From Blastocatellia bacterium (GTDB lineage: Bacteria > Acidobacteriota > Blastocatellia > UBA7656): DNA of 64,000 bases. Under the pieces are notes generated by a model that saw only the letters and a list, made by a program, of their open reading frames with translations, had not been told where the DNA came from and did no database searches. Within the stretch, counting starts at the first letter, position 1; each line of letters begins with the position of its first letter. The DNA lies in contig CAVXWP010000001.1 in the NCBI GenBank assembly GCA_963765495.1, positions 1,216,001 to 1,280,000 on the forward strand, given 5' to 3'. Below, in pieces: positions 40,030-52,559 of the stretch. Both the position numbers and the translations under genes were made by a program.

Positions 40030-41820
40030 ATGATTATTCTTGGCATCAATGCTTATCACGGCGATGCTTCGGCGGCCATCATTTCAGACGGAGAGCTTAT
40101 CGCCGCGATTGAAGAAGAACGCTTCAATCGCGTTAAGCATTGCGCCGGTTTCCCGGCGGCGTCTATACGCTATTGCCTGGAGGCGGCCGGTGTCAGCATC
40201 GAAGATGTCGAGCACATAGGAATCTCGCGCGACCCGTCGGCGCACCTCCACAAAAAGATTCTGTTTGCGGCAACGCGCGCGGCTAAAAGCGTCTCGGGCT
40301 TTGATCGCGCGAGCAAAGAGGCGAGCGGTAAAAGCCCTCGCGGTATCTTTACGGCTGTGGCTGAAAGGCTCGCCAACGCCGGGCGGGTGCGCGACCTGAA
40401 AGAGGATCTGGCAAAGGCTCTGGGGGTAACAAAAAACAGCCTGCGGGCGGAATATCATAATGTCGAGCATCACGTAGCGCATCTGGCAAGCTCTTTCTTT
40501 GTTTCGCCTTTTAACGAGGCGGCGCTCCTTTCAATAGACGGGTTCGGCGATTTCATCTCGACTATGTGGGGCATAGGCGAGGGAAATTCGATAGAAGTTC
40601 TCGGGCAGGTTGAATATCCGCACTCGACGGGGATTTTGTACACGGCGACGACGCAGTTCCTGGGCTTTCCCTACTACGGAGATGAAGGCAAGGTAATGGG
40701 GCTGGCTCCTTACGGCAAGCCCCGTTTCATGGAGGAATTCCGCGACATAATCAGGACCGAAGAAGACGGGCACTTTCGCCTGAATTTGAACTACTTCCGC
40801 CATCACGCCGAGGGCGTAGACATGTCGTGGGACGAGGGGTCGCCGGTGATCGGGCGGATTTTCTCAGATGAATACGCGAGCCTCTTTGGCCCGCCGAGAG
40901 AAAAGAGCCAGCCGCTAACGGACCGCGAGCGCGATATAGCGGCAAGCCTTCAGCAGCGGCTCGAAGAGGTGGGATTTCATATCCTGAATCATTTGCATCA
41001 AAAGACGCGTCTCACTGATCTCGGGCTTTCGGGCGGAGTCGCTTACAACTCGGTCCTGAACGGCAAGATACTGCTCAACACGCCGTTTCGCCGCGTCTTC
41101 ATTCAACCGGCGGCGGGCGATAGCGGCACCGCGCTTGGCGTCTGCTATCAAATCTATAACGGCCTCTTGAACCGGGCGCGCAGTTTCGTTATGGAGGGCG
41201 CTTACACCGGGCCCGAGTTTTCCGATGAAGAGATACGCCGCGAATTGGAGTTGAGCGAGTTGCAGTTTGAGACGTATTCCGATAGCGAAGTCACAAAGCG
41301 CGCGGCCCGTGATATTGCCTCGGGCGCTGTGATGGGGTGGTTTCAGGGGCGCGTGGAGTTTGGCCCTCGCGCGCTCGGCAACCGCTCGATCATCGTCGAT
41401 CCGCGCCGCGCCGATATGAAAGAGATACTCAACGAACGCATCAAGAAGCGCGAGCCGTTTCGCCCCTTCGCTCCATCAATTCTTGAAGAGCGGGTCGGAG
41501 ATTATTTCGAGCAGACGCACCCTGCTCCCACGATGCTTATGGTCTATCAGATCAGGCCCGAACGACGCGCAGAGATTCCAGCCGTCACCCACGTTGACGG
41601 GTCGGGGCGTTTGCAGACTGTAACCAGAGAGGTAAACCCGCGCTATTATCAGTTGATCTCGGATTTTTATGAGCTTACCGGCGTGCCCGTTGTGCTCAAT
41701 ACTTCTTTCAATGAAAACGAGCCGATAGTCTGCACTCCTCGTCACGCGATTGACTGTTTTTTGAAGACTCGAATGGATGTGCTCTATCTTGGCAATCACG
41801 CCGTTCGAAGGGCAAATTAA
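40030..41820 (+). CDS. Carbamoyltransferase (NodU/CmcH family)
   Basis: [53 protein letters not shown]. The ORF-track start (39859) lies inside the MITE and was rejected. Confidence 0.93.
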   Translation: MIILGINAYHGDASAAIISDGELIAAIEEERFNRVKHCAGFPAASIRYCLEAAGVSIEDVEHIGISRDPSAHLHKKILFAATRAAKSVSGFDRASKEASGKSPRGIFTAVAERLANAGRVRDLKEDLAKALGVTKNSLRAEYHNVEHHVAHLASSFFVSPFNEAALLSIDGFGDFISTMWGIGEGNSIEVLGQVEYPHSTGILYTATTQFLGFPYYGDEGKVMGLAPYGKPRFMEEFRDIIRTEEDGHFRLNLNYFRHHAEGVDMSWDEGSPVIGRIFSDEYASLFGPPREKSQPLTDRERDIAASLQQRLEEVGFHILNHLHQKTRLTDLGLSGGVAYNSVLNGKILLNTPFRRVFIQPAAGDSGTALGVCYQIYNGLLNRARSFVMEGAYTGPEFSDEEIRRELELSELQFETYSDSEVTKRAARDIASGAVMGWFQGRVEFGPRALGNRSIIVDPRRADMKEILNERIKKREPFRPFAPSILEERVGDYFEQTHPAPTMLMVYQIRPERRAEIPAVTHVDGSGRLQTVTREVNPRYYQLISDFYELTGVPVVLNTSFNENEPIVCTPRHAIDCFLKTRMDVLYLGNHAVRRAN

Positions 41821-41834
41821 AAGGAATCAGGTTT

Positions 41835-43923
<2,089 letters not shown>

Positions 43924-43931
43924 AATCTCTC

Positions 43932-45203
43932 ATGCGTATTATTATTCTCAATCAATTCTTTTACCCTGATCATTCGGCCACGAGTCAGTTGATGACCGAT
44001 CTGGCCGAAAACCTTGTCGAGCGTGGCGTAGATGTGACTGCGCTTGCCGGACGCGGGCGTTACAACGGCGGCGAACGACTCGCGCCGCGCGAGTCGCACA
44101 AGGGTATTCGCATCGAGCGGGCATGGGCTACGAGCTTTGGCAAGCAAAGCATGCTCGGCAGGCTTTCAGACTACCTGTCGTTTTATGTAGGGGCTTCGTG
44201 GAAGCTCATTCGCCTTCCGCGCCACGATATAGTTATGGCGCTTACGACCCCGCCCCTGATAGGACTTGTAGCTCTCATAATCGGTCGCCTTCGACGAATG
44301 CGAGTGGTTGCGCTCGTGCAGGATATCTATCCCGACATAGCCGTTGCGCTTGGGACGGTTCCGGCGCGAAACCCCGCGACAAAGCTTCTTGACGGGCTCA
44401 ATCGGTTTATCCTGCGCGGGGCGGATCGAATAATCGTTCTGAGCGAATGCATGCGCGACCGCATAACGAAAAAGATCGAAGGCGCTCTTTCGCGCATAGA
44501 TGTCATTCATAACTGGGCAGACGGGTCGAAGATCAGCCCGCTTGGAGAAGAAGAAAACGCCTTTGCCTCCGAGCATAACTCCGAGGGGAAGTTTGTCGTT
44601 CTATTCTCGGGGAATTTCGGAAAGGTCAACGAGTTTCAGACCGTACTCGATGCCGCTCTCGTGTTGCGGGACCGCTCCGATATAGCTTTTCTCTTTATAG
44701 GCGAAGGTGCAAAAGCGAGCGAGATCAGACAGTTTTCCGACCGTCACAATCTCACAAATATCCGTCTGCTTCCTTATCAGCCCCGCGAGTCTTTGCGTCT
44801 CAGCTTAGCTGCGGGGCACGCCTCCCTTGTTACACTCGCGGATAATCTGGCCGGTCTCAGCGTGCCGAGCAAAACCTACGGCATTCTTGCGGCGGCCCGG
44901 CCCATACTCTTTGTCGGCGATAGCCGCAGCGAGATAGCGCGCCTCATTTTGGAAAACGACTGTGGTGCAGTAGTAGCCGCCCAACAGAGCGTCCGCCTCG
45001 CTCAAATCATATCGGATTGGGAATCTGATCGGACAAGACTCGAACGGATGGGCGCGGCGGCTCGTTCCTTGTTTGACCGCCGTTTCGACCGGCCCCACGC
45101 GGTTAGAGCTTATCTGGAATCCTTCGCAAAATGCATGGATGCCACCCCTCGTCGCCTGACGAGCGCTCTTGTAAAAAGAGCGGAGCATCGAGGAACTCTG
45201 TAA
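43932..45203 (+). CDS. Glycosyltransferase family 4 (WcaI/WbuB-like)
   Basis: NQFFYPD, QDIYPD, IHNW, SGNFG, SVPSK. Confidence 0.9.
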   Translation: MRIIILNQFFYPDHSATSQLMTDLAENLVERGVDVTALAGRGRYNGGERLAPRESHKGIRIERAWATSFGKQSMLGRLSDYLSFYVGASWKLIRLPRHDIVMALTTPPLIGLVALIIGRLRRMRVVALVQDIYPDIAVALGTVPARNPATKLLDGLNRFILRGADRIIVLSECMRDRITKKIEGALSRIDVIHNWADGSKISPLGEEENAFASEHNSEGKFVVLFSGNFGKVNEFQTVLDAALVLRDRSDIAFLFIGEGAKASEIRQFSDRHNLTNIRLLPYQPRESLRLSLAAGHASLVTLADNLAGLSVPSKTYGILAAARPILFVGDSRSEIARLILENDCGAVVAAQQSVRLAQIISDWESDRTRLERMGAAARSLFDRRFDRPHAVRAYLESFAKCMDATPRRLTSALVKRAEHRGTL

Positions 45204-45236
45204 AAGAGAATAGCCTTTCAAGAAAGGGTATAGAGT

Positions 45237-46823
45237 ATGTCATTTATATTCCTCACTGCCTTTGTTTGCTCGCTCCTGCTTTCGTTCGTCCTTACGCGCT
45301 ATGTGCGTAACCTGGCGGTCGCTCGCGGGTGGGCGGCGACTCCTCCCATGCCGCATCACATTCATGCCAACCCCATACCCAGATTGGGAGGAGTGGGCAT
45401 CTATCTCTCCGTCGCTTTGATTACGGGCCTGATGTTAGTTGGAGCGAAGCTGTTCAATTATGATATAGGCCCCATACAACATCGCGCGCTCTACATCCTT
45501 CTTGCGGGTACTATAGTTTTTGTGCTTGGGTTTTACGATGATATTTATTCGGTTAGTCCTTACATAAAATTTGCGACACAGACTCTTGGCGCATTGGTGC
45601 TATATTTATCGGGGATTCATGTGGGCGGTTTGCCGCCTCTTTTAGGCGGCTATGATCCGGGCTGGTGGTTGTCCCTGCCTCTAACAATTCTCTGGGTCTT
45701 ATGGATTACAAATGCCTTCAATCTGATCGACGGGATTGACGGGCTCGCAGCCGGATCGGCGTTGTTTTCAACCCTGACAGTCTTTGTCATAGCATTGATT
45801 AGCGGCAACAACATGACCTCGCTACTAGCCATCATTATGGGCGGCGCGATACTCGGTTTCCTTCGATTCAATTTCAACCCGGCGACTATTTTCTTAGGGG
45901 ACTGCGGAAGCCTGTTTCTGGGATTTATGTTAAGCGCGCTCGCACTCGTCGGATCGCAGAAAGCCTCTACCGTGTTTGCCGTAGCCGTGCCGGTAGTCTC
46001 ATTCGGACTGCCTGTGCTTGAAACGCTGATTTCCATCGCGCGTCGCTTCCTTAGCGGAAAGCCGCTGTTTTCGCCCGACCGCGATCACATACATCACAAG
46101 TTGCTTGATAGAGGTTTGTCTCAACGTCAGGTCGTGATAACCCTTTACGGGGTCTCAGCCATTTGCGGGTTATTGAGCCTTTTTCTTCTGGCTCCCGGCG
46201 GCGCTCCCGTGGCAGTAGTACTTTTCGTGCTGGGTGCGGGCATCTGGATAGGAGTCCAGCACCTCGGCTATCACGAGTTTTACGAACTCCGTAGAGTTGC
46301 CAATCGCACCATGAGCCAGAAGCGGATCATTGTAAACAACCTGTCTATCAGACGTGCAGTGGCAGAACTGCCGAAAGCTGAAAACCTCCTCGATCTTTGC
46401 TCAATACTTGAAACTGCGTTTGAAAGCAATGATTTTGATAGCTTCCACCTCAGTCTCGCGCCCCGTGCCGCCGGGACACAGTTTATGACTGATGACCCTG
46501 AACTTACAGGTAGGCATAATTATATCTGGCACAAGCCAGCGGGAGGCAGAAGCATAGACACAGAATCCTTGCCCCACTGGACGCTTGTACTTCAATTGAT
46601 GACAAAGGAAGGATCGAACGGCTATTTCCTGCTCTACCGCGCCAGCAACGAACGCCCGCTACTGGTTGACGTAAATCTGCTTACATTAGAATTTCAAGTT
46701 GCCTTGTCTAAGGCGGTCGATCGCATAGTTGCTAAACCTAAGCGACAGCAGGTGATGAAGCAGTCGTCGCTGGTACAGGGGAAAGCCGTGGCCTTTGTGC
46801 CTGAAGTAATTAGCAAGTCATAA
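45237..46823 (+). CDS. wecA: Undecaprenyl-phosphate alpha-GlcNAc-1-phosphate transferase (WecA/MraY family) with C-terminal extension
   Basis: PRLGG, GFYDD, NAFNLIDGIDGL, FNPATIFLGDCGS, DRDHIHH. Confidence 0.9.
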   Translation: MSFIFLTAFVCSLLLSFVLTRYVRNLAVARGWAATPPMPHHIHANPIPRLGGVGIYLSVALITGLMLVGAKLFNYDIGPIQHRALYILLAGTIVFVLGFYDDIYSVSPYIKFATQTLGALVLYLSGIHVGGLPPLLGGYDPGWWLSLPLTILWVLWITNAFNLIDGIDGLAAGSALFSTLTVFVIALISGNNMTSLLAIIMGGAILGFLRFNFNPATIFLGDCGSLFLGFMLSALALVGSQKASTVFAVAVPVVSFGLPVLETLISIARRFLSGKPLFSPDRDHIHHKLLDRGLSQRQVVITLYGVSAICGLLSLFLLAPGGAPVAVVLFVLGAGIWIGVQHLGYHEFYELRRVANRTMSQKRIIVNNLSIRRAVAELPKAENLLDLCSILETAFESNDFDSFHLSLAPRAAGTQFMTDDPELTGRHNYIWHKPAGGRSIDTESLPHWTLVLQLMTKEGSNGYFLLYRASNERPLLVDVNLLTLEFQVALSKAVDRIVAKPKRQQVMKQSSLVQGKAVAFVPEVISKS

Positions 46824-47084
46824 GTTTTATCAAGAGAAAGCCCCCGAAGCGTAAGGTAATTAAAGATTGCCATCCACGCTGCCCGTAGGTGTATATAGCC
46901 CGCGCCTGCGAATCGCCTTCCACTCCTACCTCGACCATCGCCAGTTCTTCTCCTCCTTCATCTTCAAAGCGAAAACGATCCCCGCTTCCAACCCGGGCAG
47001 GGACAAGCCCGCGCCGTGCGAAGCACCGTCTGCGCCAATCGCCCCTACAGGCTACATTGAGTTGAAACCCGCTATAATTGAAGA

Positions 47085-48953
47085 TTACTCCCGCGCCTTG
47101 AGTCTCGCTTTGAGATCGAAGTCCGGTGTCCTGATTGCGCCAATCAGATTCTGTGCTATGCACAAATCTCGAAACCGGCCATTCTGCTTTGCCATTAGGG
47201 AATTGCCGTTACCTGATTCGACCAAACGCCCTCCTTCAAGCACATAGACCATGTCCGCATTGAGAATAGTTGAAAGCCTGTGGGTTATTATCAGGATGGT
47301 TATGCGGCCATGAAGATTCTCTATCGCGCCTTGAATGCGTCTCTCATTTTCGGAATCAAGTGCGCTGGTCGCTTCATCCAGGATCAATAGCGAAGGCTTG
47401 CGTAGGATCGCTCTTGCTAAAGCCAGTCTTTGCCTTTCCCCGCCTGAAAGCCGCGCGCCGCGATCCCCCAGAATCGTTTCTATTCCCTCTGGCAGTGCCG
47501 AAACAAAATCTTCTGCTGCCGCAAGCCTTAAAGCCTTATTAATCTCTTCGTCGCTTGCCAGGGGGCAGGCCCAGACAAGATTAGCCCGCACAGTGTCGTG
47601 AAATAAGAAGGTGTCTTGCGTGACATAGCCTATCTGGTCCCGCCAGCTTGCAGCGCACCCGGCTCTGAGAGGCGTCCTGTCAATCAAGACGCAGCCTTCG
47701 GTAGGAGTCACCAGTCCAATGATAAGGTCTGCAATCGTACTCTTGCCCGCGCCCGAAGGCCCGACAATAGCGGTCGTCTGGCCTGCGGGGATATCCAAGC
47801 TGAGATCGCAGATTATATCCTTCCCGTCTTCGTCATATCTGAATGATACATTTTCCAGTTGTAATGAATCAGTCAGAGAGACTCCCTGTGTCTCAGCTAC
47901 CTTGTTTTCAGAAGCGGCTTCGCACCTTTCCTGCATCTTTTTTACCGTAGCAAACGAAGGCAGCAGGTTTATAAATTGCTGGTAGTTTTGTTGAATGTTT
48001 GAGAGTCTCGGCATGATACGGGCAAATACGAACAGCAGCAAAAGCACTTCTGCGGTTGGGAGCGAGAGCACCTTGAAGGCGATGTAAACGATCAGGCTTA
48101 AGACAAGAACTGACCCTATCTCGAACCATAATCTCAAATCGGCGTAATCGCGTGTTCCCTCAACGCTGACTTTCGTCACCCGTTCGATCAGCGAGGAAAA
48201 CATTCTTCCAGTTCGCTCTTCGGCGTTATAGCTCTTTATCGTTTTTAATGCGCCCAGATGCTCTATTGTCGCGGCATACATCTCGTTGCTGATTCTTGAG
48301 TACTCCTCGCCGTTTACACGCGAAGCCCGAACCTTTCCCTTGAGCAGAAACAACAGCGCCGCCCCGCAGGCAAATACGAGTGCCGACATCGCTGTCGAAA
48401 GACGAACGGCCAGAGCGATATAGACCAGGGCTATCGTGGAATTAGATATCAGAAATAAGAGACTGTAGGTTGCCGAGTAAACGCGGTCGAGTTCTGATGT
48501 AAGAGCGTGAGTGAAATCCGAGGCCCGGCTTTTTGAAAGGAATATCCACCCGGCATTCATTATTGCCTCGTATATCTGCCGCCGCAGATGATCCACGAAT
48601 TCGTAACCGAGCGCGAGACTCGAAATGGTTTGCCGACGGGACAACAGCGCGTGCGAGCAGGTTATCGCTATGTAGATAAAGAGAACCGTGATCAAAGTTG
48701 GGTGCAATCCGGTGGCCGCAAAAAAAGAAGATGCGATTTCGGCAAGGCGGCCTATGTTGCCTTGCTGCACATCCAGGCCCACGAGTCCCATCAGCGGCAA
48801 CAGCAAAAGCAACCCTATGCCTTCGGTCAGGCCAACCAGGATCATCAGCCCCAGCACGATCAGCACCCTCCACCGAAGGGTATCGAGCAGGGTTGCCGTA
48901 TAGGATCCAAGCAAACCGCGCCCGTCCGCAGATTCAGCTTTCTTTTCCACCAT
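47085..48953 (-). CDS. ABC exporter (fused TMD-NBD), lasso cluster transporter
   Basis: Six TMs, GPSGAGKST, LSGGERQR, LDEATSALD. Confidence 0.92.
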   Translation of the reverse strand: MVEKKAESADGRGLLGSYTATLLDTLRWRVLIVLGLMILVGLTEGIGLLLLLPLMGLVGLDVQQGNIGRLAEIASSFFAATGLHPTLITVLFIYIAITCSHALLSRRQTISSLALGYEFVDHLRRQIYEAIMNAGWIFLSKSRASDFTHALTSELDRVYSATYSLLFLISNSTIALVYIALAVRLSTAMSALVFACGAALLFLLKGKVRASRVNGEEYSRISNEMYAATIEHLGALKTIKSYNAEERTGRMFSSLIERVTKVSVEGTRDYADLRLWFEIGSVLVLSLIVYIAFKVLSLPTAEVLLLLFVFARIMPRLSNIQQNYQQFINLLPSFATVKKMQERCEAASENKVAETQGVSLTDSLQLENVSFRYDEDGKDIICDLSLDIPAGQTTAIVGPSGAGKSTIADLIIGLVTPTEGCVLIDRTPLRAGCAASWRDQIGYVTQDTFLFHDTVRANLVWACPLASDEEINKALRLAAAEDFVSALPEGIETILGDRGARLSGGERQRLALARAILRKPSLLILDEATSALDSENERRIQGAIENLHGRITILIITHRLSTILNADMVYVLEGGRLVESGNGNSLMAKQNGRFRDLCIAQNLIGAIRTPDFDLKARLKARE

Positions 48954-48969
48954 CTTTAACTCCGTTAGC

Positions 48970-50163
48970 TCAGTCCTCGCGCCTTATTATTCTCTGCATG
49001 TATTTTGTGGCCAGCCTGAGGGGGCGCAAGAAATAATAGAGTAAAGAGATGGAAGAAGGCAGGCTCAATAGCTCCCATTCGAGAGGAGTTGGGACCGCAT
49101 TGTCGAGGATCAATCTGGCCTTATCGCGCAACCGCTTCATCGTTTTTATATAGAAAAGGTCTTCTTCAAAAAACCATGCCCGGCCATCTACCTCTCGAAA
49201 GAGCTTTGCGCCTGCCTCTGCCGCGAGTGGTTTTACGATTGGGTCGGTTTGAGTTTCCCTCAAGACATCGTCGGGGACATCGGCCTCAAGCATCTCATAG
49301 GCGAGCAGGATGCCGAGAAAGAGCATGCGTTCGCTGCCTGCGGCTCTTGCCTGTTTGATCATCTGCGCCCAGTTCATTTGTTCGTATGTCCGGGTGAGTT
49401 CGGCCAGATCGCATATCCAGTTCAAATGCTTCCAGGCGTGTTTTGCCCCGTGCACGCATAAGAGTAGAAACAAATCTTCGGAAGAGAGAGTTGGAACCCT
49501 GGCTCCATCCATAGAGATATGCTCGATCCGCTTCCAGTAATCCTCGGGGTCGGGCGCGAATGTGTACCTCGTAGGCACGATTGACCAGTGAAGATCAACC
49601 GTCGTCATCCAGTTCTCGGTTCCGAAAGCATGCTCGCATCGGAACTCGATGAGGGAAGCCTCCTGCTCGCGGGTAAGATCGAATTGCGGCTCGAACCCGG
49701 TTGAGCTTAATAGCTCGCTGATCTTTGGAACATCTGACTTGCGCACCAGAATGTCAAGATCGAGGAATTGCCTGAGCGCGATGTCTCCGTAAACGCTCCG
49801 GGCAAGGATCGGCCCCTTGAAGGGGATCGCCTCGATGCCGTGAGATTCGACAAGCTTCAGAAGTTTTATCAATTCGTTGGTCAGAAAAAGATTGTATCCT
49901 GTATTAAAATGAAATTGCTCTCGAAGCCGGAGCAGAACCTGTTCGGGAATCTGCTCAGGGCAAATGGCTTTGAGGTGATAATACAGAAGCGGCATCACTG
50001 CGTGCCTGAAAGCCATCGCCGACAGGTAATCCCAATCTATTTCTTGCTTGAGTAAAGACCTGATTCGATCAGCTTTTTCAGTCGTCATGCGCGCCCGCGT
50101 GCAGCAGATAAGAATTTCAACTTCGGGGCGCGCGCCGATTGTAGTGATGCTTATAGATTTCAT
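48970..50163 (-). CDS. Lasso-associated nucleotidyltransferase (NTP_transf_5-like)
   Basis: GIEAIPFKGP..VYG..LRQFLDLDILV, VDLHW, HGAKHAW..LNWICD. Confidence 0.9.
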   Translation of the reverse strand: MKSISITTIGARPEVEILICCTRARMTTEKADRIRSLLKQEIDWDYLSAMAFRHAVMPLLYYHLKAICPEQIPEQVLLRLREQFHFNTGYNLFLTNELIKLLKLVESHGIEAIPFKGPILARSVYGDIALRQFLDLDILVRKSDVPKISELLSSTGFEPQFDLTREQEASLIEFRCEHAFGTENWMTTVDLHWSIVPTRYTFAPDPEDYWKRIEHISMDGARVPTLSSEDLFLLLCVHGAKHAWKHLNWICDLAELTRTYEQMNWAQMIKQARAAGSERMLFLGILLAYEMLEADVPDDVLRETQTDPIVKPLAAEAGAKLFREVDGRAWFFEEDLFYIKTMKRLRDKARLILDNAVPTPLEWELLSLPSSISLLYYFLRPLRLATKYMQRIIRRED

Positions 50164-50263
50164 GCGGCCCTTCTTTTACAATCCCGGCCATCAGTGAAGC
50201 CGAACAGCCGAGTTTGATTCAACGATTCGGCAGAGCATAGGGCCTGTTGATCGAGAGATACTT

Positions 50264-51412
50264 CTATCGGCTGTATTTTAGCGATAAATCGCCGATCCTG
50301 CTCAGGGCGTCGTGCGAAGTCTTGAAGCGAGCGGGAAATCTATCTGAAATCCGGCGCGCGATTTCGTCGAGTGAAGTTTGCCCATCCATCTCGGAGAGGA
50401 TAAAGCGATCTATCTCGCCTTCTTCATCGAGCGCGGGCGCATAGTTTGAGGCGCGTTTGCGGAGCCGAGCCGGAGACAAAGGCGCGCCGAAAAAGGTTGA
50501 TTGTTTGAAATCGGCTTTTACGGCCCGGGGATCATTCTGATCAAGGATGCGAGTGTTCCAGCGCCAGATGTAATCCTCTTCTACAAGATCGCCTTGCAGG
50601 ATAAGAGAAACTCTGTCGTCAGCGGCAATAGCTACCGGTTCATACAAGGGAAATAAGGCATTGCCGTAGATGAGTTCAGGCTCGCCGGGGGCATTGGAAA
50701 AGCCCACCCCTTCTATTAAAGAGGCGTCAAACCATGCGATTATTGCGTGCGCGGTTCCCGCCCGCTTCGCGGTCCAGACAAGTTCTGCGCTTACATCAGG
50801 GTTTTCTATGGTGTTGTAATCGAGCGTGGCCCAGCATTGCGGTTCAAGTAAGAGTTGTTCTGGCCTGACGCGACTCTTCCTCCAGGTATTGACCACGATT
50901 TTATGGGCCGCGCGCATATCGAGGCCGTAGTCATTGGCTCTCCAAGGGATTTTGTATTGATCGTATAAATCAGGCGCGTCAACAACAGAGGCCCACATCG
51001 TATCGCGCAGTGGAATCAGCGTGCCGCCGGGCACGAGCAGCCTCTTGCGCGCATCAATTAACGAAGGAATGTGATTCTGAAAAAAAGAGAGTACGCCGCG
51101 CATATCAGAGACAATAACATCAGCCTGTTCGGGCAAGGTTATTCGAGTTGATAAATCCTGGATAAACTCGATGCGTCCGTCGAGTTCGTTAGCAGCGGCG
51201 ATCTCTTTAGCTATTTGAATGGCATCATCCGGCTCAACCCCGTAGACGCGGCGAGCGCCGAATTGACAGGCGAGCATGGCGAAGATTCCAGTGCCTGTGC
51301 CTATGTCGAGCACCACCGCGCCGGGTTTGATCGCCTGACGTAACGCCTGAACATAGCCGCTCATGCGCGCACTGTCGGTGATCATTTTTCCATAGGCGGA
51401 TATAGTATACAT
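50264..51412 (-). CDS. PRMT-fold SAM-dependent methyltransferase with C-terminal RRE-like winged helix
   Basis: MITDSARMSGY..AL, VLDIGTGTG, DVIVSD, LVPGGTLIP, HAIIAWFDA; tail FILSEMDGQTSLDEIARRI. Confidence 0.8.
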   Translation of the reverse strand: MYTISAYGKMITDSARMSGYVQALRQAIKPGAVVLDIGTGTGIFAMLACQFGARRVYGVEPDDAIQIAKEIAAANELDGRIEFIQDLSTRITLPEQADVIVSDMRGVLSFFQNHIPSLIDARKRLLVPGGTLIPLRDTMWASVVDAPDLYDQYKIPWRANDYGLDMRAAHKIVVNTWRKSRVRPEQLLLEPQCWATLDYNTIENPDVSAELVWTAKRAGTAHAIIAWFDASLIEGVGFSNAPGEPELIYGNALFPLYEPVAIAADDRVSLILQGDLVEEDYIWRWNTRILDQNDPRAVKADFKQSTFFGAPLSPARLRKRASNYAPALDEEGEIDRFILSEMDGQTSLDEIARRISDRFPARFKTSHDALSRIGDLSLKYSR

Positions 51413-51413
51413 T

Positions 51414-52424
51414 TTAACCCTGTTCGGCCCCCGCGCAGATCAAAGCAGGTTGTGTCAAAGTCTGAAAATCATCAATCAATACATCGCATAGTTTTGACAG
51501 ATACGCCGGGTTCGTATGAGGGATCGCTCGCCGCACCGGCACACCTTCAATAATACGATTCAGCAATTCGAACTCCTGAGCGCGCCTTATCTTATCCAAG
51601 AGATAATTTGTATAGGTGTTTGCGATTAAGCTGATCAGTGTTTCCCTGGAGGCTACAGCTTCGACGAAGGGAGCCCTCGGATCATCAATCCGGTTGGAGA
51701 GAATGTAAATCGCGGCAAGAGGGAGCGGGTGTCGCTGAAAATGGTAGCCTTCTTTTGTCAGATCCAGATACCGTTTATCCCAGGTGGGGGTCAGTCGCGG
51801 AAGGGCTTCGGACGAACCGTACAGGACATTGACCGATTCAGGCCATAGGCGAACGCGCGGATATGCTGGTTGAACCAGGAAGTGATCGCCCATATCGGAA
51901 AGCACAGTGACATCATCCGATAAAACCGAATAACCCAGTTCTCCAAATGCCGCGGCAGTTGTTGATTTGCCCGCGCCCGCCGCGCCGAGCAAAACAATTG
52001 CCTGATCGCCTACAGCAATCGCGCTGGCGTGCATGCAGGTGACGCCGCGCAGGCGCAGCACGAATCCGAGCACCGGGCCGAGCAGGTAGGTAGCCGTATC
52101 TTCAAGCGTCAGATCATCCGGCCATCTGGCCCATATCTCTGTTCCTGATTTATCAACGATAAATTCGGTCCCGTCGCCGTAAAGCAGGCGAAAATAACCT
52201 CCATCCACTTCCCACACTCTTAAAGTCGGGCGGTCTTGCTCATCTCTACTCGTGGTGACATACCAAATCTGCTGAGAGACACAGGTCGGGTCGTCCATCC
52301 ACGAAGGCATCAGTCCCAACCATACCCGCACATCCGTATGTGACACCCTCGCCTGAGCAATCGGCCCTGGTATAGGCAGGTTTGCACAGATTCTCAACCC
52401 ATAGGCAAAATAATGTAATGCCAT
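51414..52424 (-). CDS. HPr kinase-like lasso peptide kinase
   Basis: YFAYGL, LLGPVLG..LRLRG..MHASA, GAAGAGKST, LSDD. Confidence 0.88.
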   Translation of the reverse strand: MALHYFAYGLRICANLPIPGPIAQARVSHTDVRVWLGLMPSWMDDPTCVSQQIWYVTTSRDEQDRPTLRVWEVDGGYFRLLYGDGTEFIVDKSGTEIWARWPDDLTLEDTATYLLGPVLGFVLRLRGVTCMHASAIAVGDQAIVLLGAAGAGKSTTAAAFGELGYSVLSDDVTVLSDMGDHFLVQPAYPRVRLWPESVNVLYGSSEALPRLTPTWDKRYLDLTKEGYHFQRHPLPLAAIYILSNRIDDPRAPFVEAVASRETLISLIANTYTNYLLDKIRRAQEFELLNRIIEGVPVRRAIPHTNPAYLSKLCDVLIDDFQTLTQPALICAGAEQG

Positions 52425-52484
52425 AGTCCTTAAAGAGATGAATTATCTTCCGTACAGTAAAACGGTAATTCTACACGGATACAG

Positions 52485-52519
52485 GCACTAGATGGGGAGC
52501 GTCTTTTCCTATCTAGTGC
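52485..52519 (-). terminator. Stem-loop downstream of the lasso precursor (partial terminator or mRNA stabiliser)
   Basis: GCACTAGAT...ATCTAGTGC inverted repeat between precursor and kinase. Confidence 0.5.
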
Positions 52520-52559
52520 ACAATCAAAAACCGAGGGAGTTAATTTTACTTAATACTCG

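Noticed and set aside
46810-47247. ORFs 46810-47163 (-) and 46867-47247 (+) between wecA and the ABC exporter
   Set aside because: They overlap real genes, have no clear RBS and show no motif I can recognise; a gene fragment cannot be excluded.
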